Assembly: GCF_001194135.2 (NCBI RefSeq)
Contig: NC_068986.1
Location: 4,173,307 to 4,232,464 of the forward strand
Direction: 5' to 3'
Source: Octopus bimaculoides
Taxonomy: Eukaryota
Length of the DNA: 59,158 bases
Below the pieces are notes generated by a model. That model was not told the DNA's origin and did no database searches. It saw nothing but the letters and a program-made list of their open reading frames with translations. Below are positions 49,898 through 59,158 of this stretch, in pieces. The translations under genes and the position numbers were made by a program. The number at the start of each line of letters is the position of its first letter. The first letter of the stretch is position 1.

Positions 49898-50682
49898 CAC
49901 ATGTATACACACACACACATCTACATTATCTTTACATTCTTCTATTTTTATCGTTTTTGTGATTTAGATGAACTTTCTTCCACAGTAGATTGCAATAAAT
50001 AGAAGTAAATAACATAAACAATAAAAATCAAGGCAGAAGAATGATTTAAAGTGTTGGATTTCTATTGAGATCATTTTGCAGATATTGTATTTTGCTCTGT
50101 GATAACTTTATATTAATTTGTTATTGGGATGTTCAGTTGTTAAAGAAGTATATGTTGTTGTGATATCGTAGTCCTAGGTCAGCCCTGATGAATTAGATAG
50201 ACTTTATGATCAGAGTTCATTCCAGACATGACCATACGATCTGAAGTAACAAAGAACTCAGAACAACTTACTCAATATGTCTTTTTATGAGATGGTAGTG
50301 TGTAGTTTAAATAATATTTGACTATTAATTCTAGCAGGATGAACTACCACATAATGGCCTCCTTTCAAAGAGCTAGTTGTTGCAGGTTGTGATTTGAGGG
50401 AGATTTAGCTGCTATTTCTAAAAGACCAAGCAACCAAGTTCTATCAAATGGCTAGGTTGCTGTAAAGTGTAATTTGAAGATTTTTCCATTTCTTTGCTAA
50501 CAAGCAAGGAAACTTTCACGTAGTCTAGTTGTGGGCAACAGAATATACAATTTTTAAAGAAAATTTTGTCAGTAAACTTTTGAAAATTTGTTTTGTCAAA
50601 TTCTTCAGATATAGAATCATAAAACTCACACCAGAGTGTACTCCTGTTCCTGCTTCTTTATATCACTGATCATCTCTGACAG

Positions 50683-51090
50683 GCATAGATGTGTGGTAAA
50701 AAGCTTGCTTCCCAACCACATAGTTCTGGTTTCAATCCCACTGCATGGCACTTTGGGTAAGTGGCTTCTGCTATTGCTTCAGGCAATAGTAGAAGACACT
50801 TGCCCAAAGCCTTGTGAGTGGATTTGGTTGACAGAAACTGAAAGAAGCCTGTCACACAGATGTGTATACGTCTGTGTGTATGTGTCTTTGTGTACATGTT
50901 TGTTCCCAGTCACTGCTTGACAACTGGTTTTGGTTTGTTTACGTCCCTATAACCTAGCAGTTCAGCAATAGAGATTGATAGAATAAATATCAAGCTTCAA
51001 AAAAAAAAAAAAAAAAGTATTGGGATTGTTCTGCTAAACCCTTCAAGTTGGTGCCTCAGGATGACTTCAGTTTGGTGTCTGAAAGAAGTA
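50683..51090 (+). mobile_element. SINE family A (decayed)
   Basis: Head, body and tail homology. Confidence 0.85.
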
Positions 51091-51122
51091 AAAGATAAAA
51101 GATATAATTTATTGTAAATTAT

Positions 51123-51290
51123 GTGAAGGCGCATAGCCTAGTGGTTAGGGTGTTGGATACATGATTCTAAAGTTGTGAGTTCATTTCCAGGGTCCGATGA
51201 TGTGAGGTATCCCTGAGTAAAGCACTTCATTTCATGTTGCTCCAGTATACTTGACTGAAAGTGAGTGTCGATCCAGTGCTGGCTCAGATC
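51123..51290 (+). mobile_element. tRNA-derived SINE, family D
   Basis: GAAGGCGCATAGCCTAGTGGTTAGGGTGTTG..., with AAAGCACTTCATTTCATGTTGCTCCAGT core. Related minus copy at ~58230-58430. Confidence 0.7.
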
Positions 51291-52009
51291 TCTCTCTCTC
51301 TCTCCTTCATGTTCTGCTAGGTCAAAGTGTGAGAAAGCCAAGAGGGTGTATGCCTCTGTTTGTGATTATACAGGCACCTGGAGTAATTAGCAAGAGCATG
51401 GTACTTGTTACCAAGTCATACTTGCTTGTGAGTGATGGCTGTGAGATTTTTTTTTTAATAACTAATATGTGTCTAGTATATTGAAAGCTAAAGTGATATA
51501 TGTTGATTATCAAAACAAAGAATGATAAAGAAAACTACAATGAAGCCACTTTGAAGCTGATATTCGAGATATAAATTTTTTTTTCAACACAGTATTTATT
51601 ACAGTGAAATTTGGAAATTTGCCAGAACCATCTCAACAGATCTTGGTAAACTTTGAATAACATGAAAAGATTCTTGACAAAAACTCAGTTATTTATTCTC
51701 CTTGCAAGCCTATTTTTCTCTGCCAACTAAATTTCTATTGTTACATTTTAATTGAGACACATGTGTGTGTATGCACACACACATGCACATGTATGCACAC
51801 ATGTACAGACAATCCCAAGGCTATAAATATTAAGAAGAAAAGAACAAGTAATTTTGTTTGTATAAGAAATGGAGAAGAGAAGTAGGGTGGTGTTAATGTG
51901 GTAGCAGATGGTGATGAAAGTATTTGGATAGACCAATTGATCAGCTGGGGAAATGATTGATCAAACCATTGATTAGTTAGCTAGCTGATTGTTGATGATG
52001 ATAATAATC

Positions 52010-52635
52010 CTTATTTTGGCACAAGGCCAGCAATTTTGAAGGGTGGGTGAGTTGATTAGATCAGCAACCTCCACCAGTACTCAACTGGTACTTAGTTTGC
52101 CTGTCATCCTTTTGGGATTGATAAAGTAGATTTCAGTAGCATTTGAACTCTGAATATAAAGTCAGAAGAAATGCCACTAAGCATTTTGTCCAGTGTCTGA
52201 ACAGTTCTGCCAGCTTGCTGCCTTAGTAGTAGTAGTAGTAGTAGTAGTAGTAGCAGTAATCCTTTCTTCCTTAGGCACAAGGCCTGGAGTTTTGTGGGAG
52301 TGGACTAGTCGATTACATCAAACCCAGTGTTCAACTGGTACTTATTTTATTGACCCTGAAAGGATTTAAGGCAAAGTTGACCTCAGCAGAATTTGAACTC
52401 AGAATGTAAAGATAGACGAAATGCTGTTATGCATTTCGCCCAGCATGCTAACCATTCTGCCAGCTCACTGCCTTAATAGTAGCAATAATAATGATCATTT
52501 CAAATTTTTGTCACAAGGGCAGCTTGGGGGAAGGGATTAAGTCGATTACATCAACCTCAGTGTTTTACTGGTACTTAATTTATTGACCCCAAAAGGATGA
52601 AAAGTGAAATAACCTCACCAGAATTTGAACTCTCA
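52010..52635 (-). mobile_element. Cluster of three tandem SINE family C copies separated by (TAG)n/(TAA)n
   Basis: Three successive GGCACAAGG...TCAACTGGTACTT...GAATTTGAACTC segments; CpGs largely lost. Confidence 0.85.
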
Positions 52636-53819
52636 ATTCTCATGCATCCTTATTTTTCCAACCATTATATACATGAATTACCATTGAACTTCAAAAGCTC
52701 AAAGAAAATATAATGTATTGGTATATTTATTTTTTTATATATTATATTTTTTTTATATATTATTTTCTTCATTTTGTACTTCTTTGTAAAGAACATTTTC
52801 ATTCTCCTTCTTCTTGAAAATTTGCTTCGCANNNNNNNNNNNNNNNNNNNNNNNNNNNNNNNNNNNNNNNNNNNNNNNNNNNNNNNNNNNNNNNNNNNNN
52901 NNNNNNNNNNNNNNNNNNNNNNNNNNNNNNNNNNNNNNNNNNNNNNNNNNNNNNNNNNNNNNNNNNNNNNNNNNNNNNNNNNNNNNNNNNNNNNNNNNNN
53001 NNNNNNNNNNNNNNNNNNNNNNNNNNNNNNNNNNNNNNNNNNNNNNNNNNNNNNNNNNNNNNNNNNNNNNNNNNNNNNNNNNNNNNNNNNNNNNNNNNNN
53101 NNNNNNNNNNNNNNNNNNNNNNNNNNNNNNNNNNNNNNNNNNNNNNNNNNNNNNNNNNNNNNNNNNNNNNNNNNNNNNNNNNNNNNNNNNNNNNNNNNNN
53201 NNNNNNNNNNNNNNNNNNNNNNNNNNNNNNNNNNNNNNNNNNNNNNNNNNNNNNNNNNNNNNNNNNNNNNNNNNNNNNNNNNNNNNNNNNNNNNNNNNNN
53301 NNNNNNNNNNNNNNNNNNNNNNNNNNNNNNNNNNNNNNNNNNNNNNNNNNNNNNNNNNNNNNNNNNNNNNNNNNNNNNNNNNNNNNNNNNNNNNNNNNNN
53401 NNNNNNNNNNNNNNNNNNNNNNNNNNNNNNNNNNNNNNNNNNNNNNNNNNNNNNNNNNNNNNNNNNNNNNNNNNNNNNNNNNNNNNNNNNNNNNNNNNNN
53501 NNNNNNNNNNNNNNNNNNNNNNNNNNNNNNNNNNNNNNNNNNNNNNNNNNNNNNNNNNNNNNNNNNNNNNNNNNNNNNNNNNNNNNNNNNNNNNNNNNNN
53601 NNNNNNNNNNNNNNNNNNNNNNNNNNNNNNATCTCTTTATGTCAAATACAAGGACTTCTGCATAATTTCCGGTTAGAAAATTTCAACCCACAAGCTTATT
53701 GGTCAGCTGTAGGTTATGGATAGACCAACAATGTGTGAGTGAGATGTGGCTGAGTAATAAATTTCCTAATTATGCTGCTATAGTGCGTGTGTGCGCGTGC
53801 GTGCGTGCGTGCGTTCTTT

Positions 53820-54175
53820 AATTCTTTTACTTGTTTCAGTCATTTGGTTGCAGCCATGCTGGAGCACTGCCTTGAATGGTTCTAGTTGAACAGGACTTAT
53901 TTCTTAAACCTAGTGCTTATTTTATCAATCTCTTTTGCTGAACTGGTTAGTTATGGGAGCCATGGACACACTGACACCAGTTGTCAACTAATGATGGGGG
54001 GACAAATTCAGACACACACACACACACAGATACACACATAGATACATACATATGCATGACAGGCTTCTTTCAGTTTCTGTCTACCAAATCCACTCACAAG
54101 GCTTTGGGCAGCCAAAGACTATAGTAGAAGATTCCTGCCCAAGATGCCATGCAGTGTGCCTGAACCTATGTGGTT
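53820..54175 (-). mobile_element. SINE family A
   Basis: Reverse complement full-length homology. Confidence 0.88.
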
Positions 54176-54424
54176 GGGATGCAAGCTTCTTATCACACAC
54201 ACACACACACACACACGTATTTGTGTAAATGTGCTGTAAATTTATGTATGCATATAATATTTATTGACAACTTTTTTTATTATTGATACTGTTATTTTTG
54301 TTTACTTATGTTTTTTTCTTTATATATTTGACAGTTTACAATATTTTAATGTAAAATTCTGTACTATATTTTGGTTGTCATATATCAGGTGTGTTTTTTT
54401 TTTTTTTTTTTAAATTCCCATTGC

Positions 54425-54659
54425 TGCAGCAGTTAAATCTTTTACTTGTTTCAGTCATGAAACAGTGGCCATGCTGGAACACCACTTTGAATGATTTTTG
54501 TCAAACAGATCAGCCTCGCTACTTATTTTATTATTTTTTTCATGAAGCCAAGTACTTATTCTATCAGTCTATTTTGCCAAACTGCTAAGTTATAGTGATG
54601 TAAACTCACCAACACAAGATGTTAAGCAGTACTGGGGGACAAAGACATACATGCACGCG

Positions 54660-54691
<32 letters not shown>

Positions 54692-54852
54692 AATGGACTT
54701 TTTTAGTTTCCATCTACTAAAACCACTCACAAGGCTTTGGTTGGCTTGAGGCTGCCGTAGAAAACACTTGCTCAAGATACCACTCAGTGGGACTGGACTC
54801 TGAACCATGTGGTTGGGAAGCAAGCTTCTTACCACACAGCCACACCTGCACC
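54425..54852 (-). mobile_element. SINE family A
   Basis: Reverse complement full-length homology. Confidence 0.88.
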
Positions 54853-55129
54853 TAAAACCCATGCTAGTACCGGATTCCTTTTATCTTTGTATTCGTTGTA
54901 ATAAGAAAAATACTGTTTCGCTTTTGGTTTAAAGGCTGAAATTTTTAGCATCTTTAGAGGTTTTCTTCTTTGCATGTCCTTTTTCCTGAAATAACCCAAA
55001 AATTCTAAACAATGCTTTTAGAATTACTAAAATAACATGAATATGGATTATGAAATATATCCAAAAGATGAGAATGAGGGTTTTATATCAATAAACAATG
55101 CAAGTACAGAGGATAAAATGTAAGAAGGT

Positions 55130-55340
55130 ACTTTGTAAGGCCTGAAATTTTGGGTGAAGGGGGATAGTTGATTACACTGATCCCTCCTCATTACTTGAAT
55201 GGTATTTATTTTATCGAGTCTGGAAGGATGAAAGGCAAAATTGCCCCTTGACAGAATTTGAACTCAGAACGTAAAGATGGACAAAATACTGTTAAACATT
55301 TTACCTGGTGTGCTAACGATTCTGCCAGCTCACTGCTTTA
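55130..55340 (-). mobile_element. SINE family C
   Basis: ...GGTATTTATTTTATCGAG..GGATGAAAGGC..GAATTTGAACTCAGAACGTAAAGA..GCTAACGATTCTGCC. Confidence 0.85.
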
Positions 55341-56893
55341 TTTATATAAGTGATACTGAAAAATTTCCTCAGAGTGCCTTCTGCATGAAGAACATGTTAA
55401 GAGTAGGTTAATATAGTATTGTGAACACTGATGATTTTCTTCTCATTACAGGTTTAATTTAAGTTGGCTACAAAATATTTTTGGCTTACTACATTAAACA
55501 TATATTTTTACTTAGCTATTTATATCTCTCAGGTTTTTTACAGAATAATTTTCTGCCTTTCATTAGTTCAATTTATTTTATTTATTTTTGTATTAATGGT
55601 TTCATTGAAGCATTATTTTCCAATATTCTAGCAATAACCATTAGATATGAAGTAGATGAGCTAGCAGATAAACTTCACAAAATCAGTGTTTTATGTTATA
55701 CATTTTAATCTCTTTTTATCTATTTATTCCAAGTAAAAATTCATAAACCTGATAATGTTGGCATTATTTTGTTTTTAGTTACTCGAAAGGCAGATTTAAC
55801 AAGCAAAAATTCCATATTAAATACATTGTATTTTTAAATGGAAAGAAAATATATATAAACAAGAAGCTATTTTTGAAACATATTCTATTTAGCAATAAAA
55901 ATAGCATTCATTAAAAGTTTTGATTCTTACGTTTTCTACTTATTATAAAACATGTGAACTAAAATGTAACAAAAATGGATAAACAAAACATTCCTTAAGA
56001 ACAATTTGTCAAACTTTAAATTCTATTTTAACAGTTCATTGAAGATTTGTGTTTTAAATCTTTCCCTATCTTTTATTGCCAAGAGCATTGAACAACTGGT
56101 TACAAGTTGTTTTGTTTAACTTTTCTGCATCATTAATTATTGTGATGGAAGCAAATTTTCTCAAAATTGTTGATCAATATTTTATATAGAACGTTGTATG
56201 TGAATCTGAAGGGACTGGTGTATTTGGTGTATGTTTAAATGTATGCATGTTTAGGCATTGTATGCTGCAGGAGGATAAAAATATTTTTCTTGGTTGATAA
56301 AATTCTATCTTATCATATTTGATTGTCTTTTATCACATTTCCCATTGTATAGATGTGCTATTGAGAAAATGAACTTACATTGCAGTTAATTGATTCATAT
56401 TGATACTACATTTCCACACAATCAGAATACTTTATGTTCTATAGAGATTCTTTTACATCAAGGTGTCTATTGAACTCTTAAATAGTTTGTTCTCTGCATG
56501 ACTACCATTATACAATTAAAGCTTCTCCTTGTCACTTTTAATAAAGATTCTATTACATACATTCTGCTTTCCTGTAATTGACTTCACTATTGATTTCCAG
56601 TTTGCATCTTCTCAAATCTAAACTATTAAGGATCCAGGCTAATATTTGACTTTTCCTCAATTGAGATATAACACTATCATTACAAATTACATGGTGTATT
56701 TGGAAAAAAACAAAAAAATAAAAACAAAGCTATTTTATCACACAAAATGTCTTAGGCATTGGTGCATAAAAAATACCAAACACATATATTTGTGATGTGT
56801 TACTAATAAGCTTTCATCTTTCCTGTATTATTTATTATCAACTACCATTTATACATGGAGCTTTTATTGCACAAAATAACAGTTATGTATACA

Positions 56894-57986
56894 ATTAGAA
56901 CATTTAGCATATGCTATTTCATTCTGCATGCTACATCAATTTTATTATTCCCTAATATTTATCATATTAATACATGACTTTGATTAGACAATTATAAGAT
57001 TTTTTATAGCAATCATTATTAAATGTTGCTCTAGTAAAGTAATTTTTTTTTTATTCTTGCTTAATTAATATCATGATATTTTGCCAAATAAACTATTAGC
57101 ACTGAAAGGTTTTACCTTGTAGATTATACTTAGGATTAACCTAATTTTTACTTTCTAATTAGCTTGAGACTTATGTCTAGGCAGAAAAGATTTCTGAAAT
57201 TATAGTCTTTATGTTAGTATAATCTCTTTAATATATTCCAGATGTTTTCTAATAATAATAAACCATACACAATAAACTTCTATACATGACGAGTTGTGTG
57301 TTGGTATGTGATTACATAGATAGATAGAGCCACCTGTAGCCTCTCACACCTTCCCTACAATGTCATTCTAAAATTAAACAATCACCTCATTGAAACCTCA
57401 AAGCTGCGAGACAATGCATGATTAATATAAAACATGAACAAGAGCACCCAGAGAGCATAAACCTCTGCCATGGCAACACCAACATCCTCTCAACAATTAG
57501 CCGGAGATGATTTTTAAAATGAGAATATCTGAAATAAACTCGACTGCTCTCACAAATGAGAATACTAAGAATAAAACTGACCGCTCTCAAATTTAAGGAA
57601 AAAAAAAAAACAGGTAAAACAATCCAGAATCCTTGTCCAGTACTAGATCGATCCCAAAATCTAATCAGTTTGTGCCAGTCACGAAGCCAAACATCCCTGG
57701 AAGTTTCATCCAAATCCATCCAGTGATTCTTGAGATAGCTTGTCCACAGACAAACAAACAAACACAATTGAAAACAATACCTCTGCTTTCGCTAAGGCAG
57801 AGGTAATAGGTAAACATTACATTTAGCAGAGTGATCTGAACACTTAAGGGTTAAACAATATTTTTTATGATTAGAACATTTAGCTTATGCTATTTCATAT
57901 CTATTAGTCCCTAATATATTAACACAAGACTTCGATTAGACAATTATAAAATTTTTTATAGTAATTATCATTAAGTGTTGCTCTAG

Positions 57987-58024
<38 letters not shown>

Positions 58025-58064
58025 TCTGTTCAATTAATATCAGGATATTTTGCCAAATAAACTA
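56894..58064 (+). repeat. Local ~200-bp direct duplication (56894-57095 and 57870-58064)
   Basis: Both copies read ATTAGAACATTTAGC.TATGCTATTTCAT...GATTAGACAATTATAA...GTTGCTCTAGTAA...ATATTTTGCCAAATAAACTA. Confidence 0.85.
57437..57806 (+). mobile_element. Helentron-associated (HINE/DINE-1-like) non-autonomous element
   Basis: 5' subterminal ACCTCTGCC (57461-57469) is complementary to 3' GGCAGAGGT. 3' hairpin ACCTCTGC-TTTCGCTAAG-GCAGAGGT (57779-57804). Confidence 0.7.
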
Positions 58065-58229
58065 ACTTGTTTAACCCATGCCAGCATGGAATGCAGATGC
58101 TAAATGATGATGATGATGATTGACTGGTTTTGGTTTGGACTCCTTGAGTATATTCTAATCACTGTATCAACCAGACTATTGGATGTACTTATTACATTGC
58201 TAGTCACAATGCACTTCTTCACATTGCTG

Positions 58230-58430
58230 TAGCTTTTGAATGATACCACTCTGTTGGCTAGGCAACTTGAATGGGACACCAGTCCTTCCCAGGGTTACCC
58301 ATTTACAGCTGAGTGGACTGGTGCAATGTAAAATGAAGTGTTTTACCCAAGAACACTATGCACCACCAGTCTGGGAATTGAAACTATGATTTTGTGATCG
58401 TAAGTGCAACACTTTACTAGGCCACACACC
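58230..58430 (-). mobile_element. tRNA-derived SINE, family D
   Basis: TTACAGCTGAGTGGACTGG..AAATGAAGTGTTTTACCCAAGAACAC..GGAATTGAAAC..AGTGCAACAC..ACTAGGCCAC. Confidence 0.7.
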
Positions 58431-58823
58431 TTATATTTTCTAATAACCTAAGAAGACATACTGACTTGTGAAATTCATTTCAGCTTATTTATTTTGATAT
58501 GTGATGAGCCGAATGTATCCTGTTCTAAAGAGATACAACTAATTTAGAACTGATATAACTATATATAGAACTGATATAATTTAAAGCTGATATAATCATT
58601 TTCACACCGTAGTGTGTTTTTGTTATACACTCCAATAACACTTTCCACTTTGTTCTTGCCCTTCCATGTGCTTTACCAATATCTTTAACTCTTTCACACT
58701 CACATCTGCTTTCACTGTCTTACATGCACTTTCAAACCTGCCACCTCATGATCACATACACACACACACACACAAAATAATGTCTCACTTCCACTCTAAC
58801 CAGTGCTGTTATACTTCCACACT

Positions 58824-58950
58824 TACTCACAGCTAACACACTGTCATTCATACTCACTCACAGCTAACACACTCTCACTCATACTCTCGCTCATACTCAC
58901 AGCTAACACACTCTTACTCATACTCACTCACAGCTAACACTCTACTCATC
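58824..58950. repeat. ~30-bp minisatellite
   Basis: Four copies of ACTCACAGCTAACAC(AC)TCT...CTCATACT. Confidence 0.85.
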
Positions 58951-59119
58951 CTTATACCTGCTTCTCAACACAGATACACTCTTATACTTGCAGCTGTACA
59001 CCTGTACCCTTTTTCCTTTTTAACTCTACCCTACGGAACCGTATTACCATCTAGTATCTAACACTTTGAAACAATATTTAAAATGGTATAAGATTAAAAT
59101 ACAAGTTTGTATGTGAGTA

Positions 59120-59158
<39 letters not shown>

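Larger units (their letters stand above)
680..53630. other. Assembly gaps (N runs) at about 680-741, 9641-10048, 12345-12931, 24591-24816, 39553-39563, 47398-47546, 49799-49852 and 52832-53630
   Basis: Literal N runs, mostly next to (TA)n microsatellites or inside young repeats. Confidence 0.98.

Noticed and set aside
516-53676. Many long track ORFs rich in YI, HT, CV or X
   Set aside because: They are translations of (TA)n/(CA)n/(TACA)n microsatellites or read through N gaps.

Overview
AT-rich eukaryotic genomic DNA with N gaps, (TA)n/(CA)n/(GATA)n/(GAT)n microsatellites and many tRNA-derived SINEs. The repeat repertoire points to a coleoid cephalopod, most likely Octopus (inferred from repeat style, not confirmed by a search). 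No host gene can be named. Nearly all track ORFs are microsatellite, gap or repeat artefacts. The only recognisable protein segments are decayed transposons: RTE LINE pieces (endonuclease, RT, C-terminus), an R4/Dong-like LINE, a Ty3/Gypsy pol relic and a PGBD4-like piggyBac with TTAA ends. Non-autonomous elements include hAT, Harbinger-like and Helentron-like MITEs. The most interesting signals are: (1) several unrelated short modules with minimal Penelope-type hammerhead ribozyme cores, including an inverted pair at 23.6-23.9 kb; (2) a 149-bp-arm hairpin at 10.2-10.5 kb; (3) a CpG-retaining domain (~26.6-37.4 kb) with NRF1/ETS and X-box-like/forkhead motifs and a speculative compact spliced ORF at 27.8-29.4 kb; (4) a TSD-bounded chimeric SINE, an inverted LINE and a telomere-like insert. 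Repeat boundaries were read by eye and most are approximate (about +/-20 bp).
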